A program made the position numbers and the translations under genes. A stretch of DNA of 63,794 nucleotides, counting the filler, from Aduncisulcus paluster (taxonomy: Eukaryota), in NCBI GenBank assembly GCA_024181965.1. It is 11 parts of 11 records of this genome, joined end to end, with 100 filler letters (N's around TTAATTAATTAA, not from the genome) between each part and the next. Parts side by side here need not be neighbours in the genome. Positions count along the whole stretch, not along the records: positions 43,100 to 49,969 come from BQXS01011519.1; positions 50,070 to 53,094 come from BQXS01011520.1; positions 53,195 to 57,296 come from BQXS01011521.1; positions 57,397 to 61,264 come from BQXS01011522.1; 7 more parts are not named here. One strand, given 5' to 3'. Below the pieces are notes generated by a model. The model did no database searches, was not told where the DNA came from, and saw only the letters and a list, made by a program, of their open reading frames with translations. Positions 47,293-58,296 of this stretch are shown piece by piece (the first letter of the stretch is position 1; the number at the start of each line of letters is the position of its first letter).

Positions 47293-47363
47293 GCGCTTAT
47301 AGTCTAGGGGTATGATATCACGTTTCCATCGTGACGGCCCGGGTTCGAATCCCGGTGGGCGCA
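47293..47363 (+). tRNA. tRNA-Gly (TCC)
   Basis: Acceptor GCGCTTA/TGGGCGC-A, anticodon arm TCACG-TT-TCC-AT-CGTGA, T arm CCGGG-TTCGAAT-CCCGG, and a downstream T-run terminator. Confidence 0.96.
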
Positions 47364-47846
47364 AATTTTTTAATTTCTCCTTTAACCTTCTTTCTGTGGT
47401 TTGATCAATAAATTATCATTATGGTTGGAGCATATAAGAGGCAATTCGAATGGAGTTAGCTAAAATTCTTTTGTCTTCGAAACAATAGAAGCAAATTGAA
47501 TATCGAGTTCTCTGTTTGGATCGAATGAAAAAACCTAGCATCATTTTAATTGGTTTATTTTGTGTTAAGTGAATGATGCTTTTATATTAAACCTAAAAAA
47601 TATGTTGATATTGTTGAATAGCTCTTGTAGCCATGATCGGATGAAAATTCTCAAACAATCGTCTCCTTTAAGAACTAAATCGCCCAAAAAATACTATTTA
47701 TATTTGATTTTCTGAATTTTAAGCTGTAATAATTTATTGGATCTCATCAGTCACCGTAATTCTTCCATGCTGATCAAGAATTCTTGACAATGAAAGAATG
47801 TCCATCACATGTTTTTTTGTCAACCGATATTTGACTGATAACAATA

Positions 47847-49969
47847 ATGTCCAAACCTGAAGCTACAAGAACTGAATTAAACGTTAGTGGTTTCATTGCT
47901 GATAACTTCAAGGCTTATGACGGAGATGCTTCTTTCTTGGCAAAGGCTACCGACAGAACCTCCGGTCTCTGGAAGAAAGTTCTTGCTCTCATGGCCGAAG
48001 AGTTGAAGAAAGGAGTTCTTGATGTTGATTTTGACACTCCTTCCACCATCACTTCCCATGCTGCTGGATTCATTGACAAAGATGCTGAATTGATCGTTGG
48101 TCTTCAAACCGATGCTCCCCTCAAGCGTGGAATTAAACCTGCTGGAGGATACCTTATTGTTGACAAGGCCTGCCAAGCCTTTGGTTACACCCTTAACCCT
48201 GAAGTGAAAAAAGTTTTCTCCACATACACCACCACTCACAACGATGCTGTCTTCAAAATGTACACCCCTGAGATGCGTATCGCCCGTCGTTATGGAATCA
48301 TCACAGGTTTGCCCGATGGTTACGGTCGTGGTCGTATCATTGGTGATTACCGTCGTGTTGCCCTCTACGGTCTCGACAAGCTTATTGAGCTCAAACAAAA
48401 GGATAAGGACATGAACGCTGCCATCATGGATGCTGAGACCATGCAACTTCGTCTCGAGTTGAGCGAACAGATCAAGGCTCTTAAGGCTCTCAAGGCCTGT
48501 GGTGAGATGTACGGTCTTGAACTTGGACGTCCTGCCAAGAATGCCCTTGAAGCTATCCAGTGGACTTACTTCGGATACCTTGGTTCCGTCAAGCAACAAG
48601 ATGGAGCTGCCATGTCTTTTGGTCGTGTTGATGCTTTCCTTGATATCTTCATCGAGAAGGACATTGCTGCCGGTGTCCTCACTGAAGAACAGGCCCAGGA
48701 GTTGATCGATGACTTTATCATGAAGCTCCGTATCGTTCGTCACCTTAGAACCCCCGAGTATGATGCTCTCTTCGCTGGTGACCCCACTTGGATCACCTTC
48801 GTCCTTGGTGGTATGACCATGGATGACAAGTCTATGGTTACCCGTACTTCTTACCGTATTGTTAACACCCTCACCACTCTTGGCCCTGCCCCTGAGCCTA
48901 ACATGACCATCCTTTGGGACTCTAGACTCCCCATGAACTGGAGAAGATACTGTGCCGACATCTCCATCCGTACTTCCTCCATCCAGTACGAGAGTGATGC
49001 CCTCATGAAACCCATCCACGGTCAGGATTATGGTATTGCTTGCTGTGTGTCTGCTATGGCCATCGGAAAGGCTATGCAGTTCTTCGGTGCTCGTTGTAAT
49101 CTCGCCAAGCTTCTCCTTTACTCCTTGAACAACGGTTACGATGAGGTCAAGGACTTCCAGGTCGGTCCCAAGTTGGGTAAGATCAAGTCTGGAGACGACA
49201 CTCCCCTCGACTTCGAGGAGGTCAAGACTATCTACATCGAATACATGAAATGGATGGCTGAGTTGTATGTCAAGACCATGAACATTATCCACTACTCCCA
49301 CGATCACTACTGTTACGAGTCTCTTCAGATGGGTCTCCACGACACTCACATTATCAGATACATGGCCTTCGGTATCGCTGGTCTTTCCGTTGTTGCCGAC
49401 TCTCTCTGCCATCCGTGAGGCTAAGGTGTACTGTGTCCGTGATGAGCAAGGCATTGCCCGTGACTTCCGTATTGAAGGTGAGTTCCCTCGCTATGGTAAC
49501 GATATCGACAGTGTGGATGACCTCGCCAGTTGGGTTGTGTCCAAGTTCATGAACTTACTCCGTGAGCACAAGACATACCGTAACGCTGAGCACTCCCAAT
49601 CTATCCTCACCATCACCTCCAACGTTGTGTACGGAAAGAAGACTGGTTCCACCCCCGACGGTCGTAAGCGTGGAGAACCATTCGCTCCTGGTGCCTCTCC
49701 CACCCATGGTGCCGATAGCACTGGTGCCCTCAACTCTTTGAGTTCTGTTGCCAAGCTCCCATACAAAGATGCTGCTGATGGAATCTCCAACACTTTCTCC
49801 ATCACTGCCAGTGCCCTTGGAAAGACCCATGAGGATCGTGTGAGTACTCTTGTGTCCTTGATCGATGGATACTTCGAGAAGGGTGCCCACCACCTTAATG
49901 TCAACGTCATGACCCGTGAGACTCTCCTTGATGCCCAGAAGAACCCTCACAAATATCCTCAGCTCACCA
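47847..49969 (+). CDS. pflB: Pyruvate formate-lyase (copy B; 2-bp frameshift at ~49401-49407; 3'-truncated)
   Basis: [47 protein letters not shown], active-site [17 protein letters not shown] and [18 protein letters not shown] is broken by loss of one CT unit. Confidence 0.95.
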
Positions 49970-50069
49970 NNNNNNNNNNNNNNNNNNNNNNNNNNNNNNN
50001 NNNNNNNNNNNNNTTAATTAATTAANNNNNNNNNNNNNNNNNNNNNNNNNNNNNNNNNNNNNNNNNNNN

Positions 50070-50548
50070 CCTCTATTTCTCTTCCTGTTGCCCCATACCC
50101 TCTCCTCTTGCGTCCAATCTCCTTGCCCTTGAGTGATGGAGTGAAGTACAGTGTGGAAGAGTATAGACAAAAAGTATACGAGTGCATTCGGAAGAGGAAG
50201 AGGAGGAAAGAACGTCATGGTCTGTCTCGGTCTGGAAGCTCGTTTAGTTCTGGTTCTAGGTCTTCTCTATCATCTTCTTCAACAGCTTCTCTGCGCTCTT
50301 CACACTCTTCCTCACGAAGCACTCACTCACGCTCCACCTTATCCCACTCTTCTTCCTCCTCGTCGTCGTCGGTCTCCTCTTCTTCTTCAGCTCACTCTTC
50401 TTCGCGAAGCGGACATCGAGGAAGCTCAAGGAAAGGGGCGAGAGAATGCCGCGAGGATAAGGAAAGAAGGAAGGCTCAGAAGGAAAGGGAGCGGTCATTT
50501 CATGGGGAAAGGTCGAGAGATAGGTTTTTGCGGGATAATGCTTTCTGA
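50070..50548 (+). CDS. Ser/Arg-rich C-terminal fragment of an unknown gene
   Basis: ORF near the contig start ending RDNAF-stop; low complexity. Confidence 0.4.
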
Positions 50549-51609
50549 CTGAGATAATTGTCCTTTGTGTTGATGAAATCCTTCTCCTTAGTATTTTTTG
50601 TTTTGTATTCATTCCATTTTTATCTAATATAATGGTCCAAAAACAAAATTTTGATGTTTTTAATGTACTTCTCTTCTTTTTTATCAATTACTATTTAGTA
50701 TTATTATTATTTGCTTGTTGTTGCTTTGAACTGAAGAGACTTCTGAAATTGTTGGTTTTGAGAATATTTCTATTTTTAGAAACAGTATTTCTGATGTCTC
50801 TTTAAGCTCTATATAATAAGTACTTGCCTACATTGCTTGGTTTTTTTTATCTCTGCATTCGAAACCTCGAAGTTTCATTTTATTTGAAAATTATTATTTT
50901 TGATTATTTTTATTATTATTATTATTGCTACGGGAAATGATGAAAATTAGTTCTTTGCATCTTTCTATTTCGTTGTCGGATTGAAATAATATGCATTTCT
51001 ATGTTTTATCAGATTAGTTTTGAATGATCACAATTATGTTGATTTTTCTTGTGTTGACGACAAAGTTTTTTTTTTTTTTACAAATTTATTTAATTATTTT
51101 TTTTGTTGTAGTTCTTGACGCAGATTCTCTTATAGGGATGAAATGATAGTCTTTCTTTGGCACTTAGCCTTTATTTTCATCTGCTTATTTTTGTTTTATT
51201 ATTACTAGCCAACATCTTAAACTTACTTTTTGTCTTTTGTCGCTTTCGTCCTTTTTTCATAGTTTCTCCAATATTAGTATTCCTAAATTATATATAGAGT
51301 CTATAATTAGACTAATAAATTTTTTGAATAATTTTTTTGAGTGGTTTGATCTACTAGATATTTTGACAAATTAAATATCTGTCAAAAGAGTCGTTCAGTG
51401 AAGTTTCGAGGTGACTTCCAGCTCACATAGATCCAGGTGAAAGAGAGAGAAAACAGGTCAGTCCAATACTTAAAATCACGAATCTTGCAGTTTTATCGAA
51501 GATTAAAGTGTTAACCAATAAAATTATTAAATTTATATTGGTGGCTAGCAAATTTATTCTTTTGAGAGAATCAATTCGATTCCACAAAAGACTATTTTAT
51601 TTTTCAGAA

Positions 51610-51875
51610 TCTATTTTTAGAATTTCTATTTTTAGAATCATCATTTCAAAATATCCGTTAAAACATTTAATCTCATTCAAAAACACGATAAAAATCATTA
51701 TAACACGATTTATTTAGAGTTTTCTTATTCATGCTTGGCATTCCCTGTGTCGATGAAATGACAGAAGAAGAAAGTTTCCGAAAACATTCATTAAAATACA
51801 TTTTATAACGCTTTATTATCAAAAAAAGACAGAGTTAATCCTATTTGTTCTAAAAATAGATTTTCTAAAAATAGA
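51610..51875. repeat. Doubled inverted repeat (TCTATTTTTAGAA x2 ... TTCTAAAAATAGA x2), MITE-like
   Basis: Copies at 51610, 51625 and inverted copies at 51848, 51863, each pair with 15-bp spacing. Confidence 0.55.
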
Positions 51876-52039
51876 AATTTTTGACAAAATTAGACATTAT
51901 ATTTTTAGTCTTAAAATTTTTTTGTAATCAATTTAACATCATACTCGACATATTTCACAGTTCAAGAGAAATTTCGTTTATTTTCAACGGATTTCTACTA
52001 TTAAGCCAATGATTCATCAAATATCAATAAATCTCCCCT

Positions 52040-53094
52040 TCACTCTTGCATTTTCATACGTTCTTTCAATTCTGGAGGAGGAATGTCATAACTAGTTAAA
52101 GGTTCTCCCATTTTTCTCAAGCTTATTTCTCGTCCAAGAGAAGCAGAAGAAGCAGACGATGAAACAGAACTCCTTTTCCCCATTTCTCCAACTTCATCGA
52201 GAACAGCTCTGGCCTGTTGTAACATCTCACATTTCTTTTTTTCAGATTTTCGTTGTTCGGCCACCATGGGATCCTCTTCAAGCAAAATCCCGGTATTGCG
52301 AACACCATAAACTTGGCTCACAAGTTCATCCCTCAATGTTTCAATTGACTTATCAATCAAGAATTTTGAAATTGCTTTGATTGTGGTATCTTGAATCTTA
52401 TTTTTAACAAGACCAAAATAAGCATTCAATAATGGAGGCACCAAAGATACTGCAGATTGCTCAAGAACAGAGACTCCTTGTTGTGCAGAGAGGGATAGCT
52501 TAGAGGGCATTGTCTTGGAAATAGATGATTCAGTTGCCTCTGATTCTCCTTCCTTTTCCATTCTCTCTCGTCTCCTTCGTCTCCTTCCACTCGTCTTGTC
52601 ATCTTCATCATCCTTTTCCGTCTCTGGATTTGGTTCTATTAACCCCCCCCCTTCGGCTTCTCCAATCACACCTCTTCTGGCTTCTTTGGTTGCTCGTTTC
52701 ACAGCCTCGGAAAGATCTGGATGTTTTGTATTGATATAGGACATTTCACAACCAATAACATCTGTAACAAAAACTCTCGTTGGAGCATGGAGTTTTTTAA
52801 TTAAATTTTCAGCTACATGAACAGTCCTTGATGTTAAAGCAGTATAACGTCGCATTTCTGCTGGGGGACAATGACGAGCAATGCGACTGAGTTCATCACA
52901 GACCAAATCAACACATCTCACAGAGGGACTCTCAAGTCTGGAAATAGCTCGTTTAGCAAACAACTCAAATGCATGTGGAGGAATGAAAAGAGAAGGCTTC
53001 GATCCAGAAGCATTACGTAAAACAGTGAGAATTTCATCCATACTGAGCGCATCAGTTGATTTAATTCGATCAAGAAGACTATTGTAGACTTCAT
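52040..53094 (-). CDS. Dynamin-related protein (middle and GED domains; 5'-truncated)
   Basis: RNASGSKPSLFIP..AFE, RLESPSVRCVDLV..EL, EMSYINTKHPD, YFGLVKNKIQD..KAI..FL and LLEEDP.VAEQR. Confidence 0.9.
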
Positions 53095-53194
53095 NNNNNN
53101 NNNNNNNNNNNNNNNNNNNNNNNNNNNNNNNNNNNNNNTTAATTAATTAANNNNNNNNNNNNNNNNNNNNNNNNNNNNNNNNNNNNNNNNNNNN

Positions 53195-56100
53195 AGAGCA
53201 AAGTTAACACAGTTTTATGTTGCTGTAAAGCAGTTTGCGAATCAAATGATTTCCCATTTTCCTTTTCTACGGCAGAACCGAAAGAACTGCCGCCGGAAGA
53301 CGATTTCGTCATACCCTCGGCCACTGATCGATGTTCGATTTCATCCATATCAACTCCCCTGCTCTTTAGAAAATCAATAAAAGTTGATGGAACTCCCTTC
53401 ATTTCCATGGTACTTAAGAGAGATGAAGATATTGAAGCACTTCGTGAACGAATAATACTCCCATTTTTAACTCCAGATTGTTGCAATGAATAGAATGACT
53501 GTTTCCGTGAATGATGCAGAGAGTGAAGGAAATTGCCACTCAAGTCGGACTCTGAACCTGAAGGAGATATCGACCTTGAAGAGAGAGAAGAGGAGGAAGA
53601 GGAAGAGGAAGGAAGTGATTTAAATCCAGCAAGGCTATGGTGATCTTTCCCAGAGGAAGAGAGTGTCAATGGATTTGTGAGCATTGTTCCAAGATAGAGA
53701 TTTGCATAGAGGCTAAAGAGAGTCGGGCAATAGTTATGGAGAGACACAAAGGGTGAAATGGTTTCAAATGAGTCAACAGATGATCTAAAAGCACGCAACA
53801 AAGACAAAAGCGACAGCGAGAAGGAAGTTTTTAGGGTGTGATGGAGAATTAGGCAGCTCAATCCAGCGGGAAGAGTCAGGAAAGAGAGAGGAATGGTTGA
53901 AAGAGCAAGAAGAAGATGCATTTGATGACGTTTTATCGTGACGGGATTCAAAGTAATGTGTTCAGAAAGACCAAGAAGGTATATTAAAGATAATATAATC
54001 TCTATTTTTAGATCTTGAGAAAGAAAAGACTTTGTATCTTCCATAATATTCAGCAAACAGAAAGAGAGAGACTGGAAATGCAAAGGATTGAGTGAATCCA
54101 CTAACATTTTTAGGAATGAAAAAGCGTCAATGCTGAAAGATGAGAAAGGCGATTCGAATGCCAATATACATTCGCTATCATTAAGCGAAAGATCGGCTTC
54201 TTCCTCACATTTGTCCCTCATGCAAATGCCCACCTTTCCAAGGTATTTCCAGATATACTTGGATGATTTACGAGCAGAGTTCGTTCCGTCTCCATCATTG
54301 CTAACAATGTAAGATCTTGAGGACGTGAAAGGATCTTTCCTCGGGGATCTTGGTGATCTTGGAGAAGGTATGGACAGACTGAATAATGAAGCATCTGAAG
54401 GTGGATTTGGAATCAGGGATTCGTCTTTTTTCATCTCACACGAAAGATCATCGATTGTGGGACGGCATCCTTTTGTCAAAGTTTCTCTCTTCTTCTTTTT
54501 CTTCATTTCTAAATCATGCAAGAAAGTAACAGATAGCTGCACCAGTTTCACATGACCTAAACAATATTGGGCGGATGAGGAATATTGTAAATCGATATAT
54601 TTTTGAATTTCAACATTGATTTTCTCTTTCTTCTTCTTCTCTTCTTCTTCCAGTTTCTTTGCTTCCATCTGCATTTCCTCAGATAATTGACCACCATTCA
54701 GTGCCAATGGATTCACAGGAGCAGAGAAGTCATCAAAGATTCCTTGAGATTCTATTGATGGTTCATGATGTGAAAAAACACTCTGGGTGATCTTCGGAGA
54801 ATACAAAGAAAAGGAGGACGAATTGAATGGATCGAAACAAGAAGATGAAGATAAAGTGTCAATAAAACCATTGGAAGTTATATTGTCTGTTCCGTGTAAT
54901 ATAGGGAAAAAGAAAGAGAAAAGACAGGAAATAAGAGAAGATAACGATTTAAATACATTTCCATCAATAGATTTCTTATTCTTTTCTCTATCTCTGGCCA
55001 AAATAAGAGAACATAGACAAATCCAAACATTCGAAAGTCCTCTATTTGATCCATCAGTATTGTTAGAGTTTTTCATGAATGAAGATGATTCATTTGGACA
55101 CGAATAATCATCAGAAAAAAGAGCGGAAACGGAGTCAGAACGACCCTCATCTCCATCTGAATCGGAGGATGGAGATTCAAAGTGCATGATCGATGAAAAT
55201 AGAGATTTCGTCTGTTCAAGGGCATATCTGCAATGCAAATCGTCATACGTTGGGACATACAAGTCATTACACATCTTCTTCATGGATACAGCAGTATTAT
55301 ACGATACTGATAATGCTATATTTAGAACATTCTCAGTGGGACATATCTGTTTCACTATTTTCTCACGTAATGAATGCAGCTCACATCCGCTATGGATTCC
55401 CTTTTCTTGTGAATTGGCTTCCATCCATTGAAAACCAACCTCAGAGCGTTCCCAGATATCAAAAGCCATAAAGACCATCATTTTATGCAAAATTCCCATC
55501 TTTGAACAGACACTAACAATGCTGTTTGGATCCCATGAAAAGAGGAAAAACGCACAAGCCGTGACAAAATCACCCTTTGAAAACAGAGCGAATGCATTTT
55601 TTACACCAATCCTTCTCCTTTTTGCTGTCTTAAACCCCTTGGCAATGAACGCACCGACTTTATCTTCCCCAGAGCCAGAATACATCTTTGAGAGCATACT
55701 AGCTTTCCCTTCCGCACTCAAGAATAAGGAAGGAAGTCCCCTTGGAGAGTGAGTTAGTGAAAATACTTCTTTGACCAACTCTGACGTGAGAGTCGAGAGA
55801 TAGATGGGCATTCTGGGCGGAAGAGAGGAAGAGGATGAAGGGAGAGTTAGTGGAGTCACATGTCTCGGCAGTAACCACAATGGACAACACAGCAAGAAGA
55901 ATGATTCAAATGTTGATGGACACAATCTTTCTTTCACAACCAGTCGATTGTAATCAAGACTTCTCCATCTTCCGATCTTCTTTCGTATAGTTTGATACTT
56001 GTCAATGTATGTATGCTGATGAGGTTGGTCAAAATCAATACAAATTTCAGCCAAGTATTGAGTGATAAATGCAGTCAAGTTTGGAGAAGCCAAATGATTA

Positions 56101-57296
56101 AGAGAAAGAGCAAGGCAAGAGGGAATTACAACAGAAAGACTGAGATTTGAAGTGACTATCGGCAATGATAGGAAAACACGTAGCTTTTCATGGTAGGGCA
56201 ATCCAGATATAATCGATAGGAAAGAGAATAGACAAAATGCTGATGCACGAAGCTTATCTTTCGAAATATTAGACCTTTTCAGCTGAGCGTCAGAGGATGA
56301 TGAATCAGATGCAAATGTACAATTATCATGGATATTATGGACAATGTCGAGATCAACAATACGTGGCGAGAGAGGGTTGTCAATGTTATTATATAATTCT
56401 CCAACGATGGTAGCGAAGAAAGAAGGAGCTGTCTTGTCGATTGATTTATGTTCTGACATTGTATCTTTCTTGAAAGATGATGCGTCTTGTTTAGATTCCC
56501 CATCTGAAACACTTATTCTCACCCTCTTCATTGATCTTCTAATTAGTTCAAACCGAATGGGACTTACAGCTGCCACAAGAAGACACAAAGCACTTAAATA
56601 TGATGCAGAATGGTTATTGTATGTTGATGAAAGCATTGGTTCATCCTGAGGGTTTGTAATAATCTTGTTTTTGATAATTTCTTCCCTCTCCTCTTCCATT
56701 TCTTTGAGAATCGTGTGTAAAGTCTCACAAATAGAACATAAAATGTGCATGAAAACGTGAGAACAATTATGATTATGCGACAACAGATGAGACTGCAGAG
56801 AAGGTAATAGCTGTGAAAGGGTCGAAATAAACTCTGATCTCACCTGACCAATGGAAACGACGTTATCATTTACACTTGAAGAAGAGGAGGAGGAAGAAGG
56901 AGAAGAGGAGGAAGAGGAGGAGGAAGAAGGAGAAGAAATGGATTTATCATCACCTCTTTCTTCCTCTTTCCTCTTCTTTTCCGCTTCCTCCCTTTTCTTT
57001 TCTTCTCCTTCTTTCTTGCCCTCATCTACTCCAGCATTCGTTTCAAATTTCTTCAAGAGGTGAGCATATTTTTTCCTCAAATGAGCAGGAAGTTTCTTGA
57101 CTTTTTCATACAAAGCCTTGTCAGCAGCCGATGGTTCTGTCTTGCTCGAGTTAGAAACCCTTTCCTTGTCTTCTCTCTCTTTCTTTTGTTGCAACATCAA
57201 TCTTTTTCTTCTCATTTGTAACATTTGGAGTCTTCTTGCCTCTTCCTTCTTCTTCTTTTCCTCCTCTTCCTTCCTTTTTCGTTCAAATATTTCAAC
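53195..57296 (-). CDS. Rav1/DMXL (RAVE complex) homolog, internal fragment
   Basis: KVGAFIAKGF...GVKNAFALFSKGDFVTACAFFL...IVSVC matches the Rav1p_C motif (KNAFALL.K.R...AAAFFLL). The ORF is open at both contig ends. Confidence 0.65.
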
Positions 57297-57397
57297 NNNN
57301 NNNNNNNNNNNNNNNNNNNNNNNNNNNNNNNNNNNNNNNNTTAATTAATTAANNNNNNNNNNNNNNNNNNNNNNNNNNNNNNNNNNNNNNNNNNNNT

Positions 57398-58016
57398 TAG
57401 CTTTCCTTCTTTTCCTTTTGGTCATAGATTTGTCTATTTTCTCGAAATCTGTATATGTATCTAAATATAAACTGAAAAGGGGTCTAAAAAAAATAGGATT
57501 ATCAATGGTAAATGATCCTAAGAATCTTCCTGTAACGTGATCACTCTTCGACAACCATCGAGGCCTTGGAACAAGGAACTTCCATGTTGTTGTCGATCTA
57601 GCGCTCTCGAGTGAAACACCATCCCAAACTTCGAAAGAGATACCAAACAGTACACTCCTGCCAGGATCAATACCCACTAAGAGGGTTTTTGTGGGTTCAT
57701 CTGTGGTGATCTGTGCCTGAATCTGATTCAGCATACTATGCCTAGTACTAGCAGGGAAGGGAAGACATTTATCCCTTGTTGTCGCGGTAAGGCTTAAGTC
57801 GAATCCATCGGACTCGATATGGGTTGTGAAGCTGGTATTCAATGGCAACCCATATCGAGTCCGTATAAGATTCCTTATTCTTCTAGCCTTTACCTTAATG
57901 TACTTATTGTAAGTCTTCGTTGGCATATAGGTGTACAATGATCCGCCCTTGGACAACGAAGGGGTCTTATGAAAAGCCCATCGTTGCCCGAATAGATATC
58001 TGGTGGTGGTGTGTCT
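57398..58016 (-). mobile_element. Fanzor/TnpB-like RNA-guided nuclease fragment
   Basis: HIESDGFDLSL followed by LLVGIDPGRSVLF (RuvC-I) and FRPLFSLY...FEK...KRKRRKA. The frame is open from 58016 to the contig end. Confidence 0.6.
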
Positions 58017-58296
58017 TTATTTAATGTTGTTCAAATAAATTTTTACACTTATTTAATTATTTATATTTTATATTATATTTCACATCTGGGATTCCACATT
58101 AGATCCAGCTTCGCCAAATACTTGGAGAAACAGTAACCATATCCTTTCGCCAATGCTGCGCCAAGGGGAGCAAGTCTCCAGAATGAGGTTTGGAAGAGGG
58201 ATTTTTCAGAAACCGTGCTATCTTCAAACAAAAACAAACAAACAAGAATAGATATCTATTCCTAGTTGGCGAAATGCATTTTGATCACATTCCACA

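Noticed and set aside
47877-49454. 525-aa antisense ORF over PFL (and similar shadows over RPL10, NOP58, gcvPB, asparaginase)
   Set aside because: Explained by the strong codon bias of the sense gene; no motifs.
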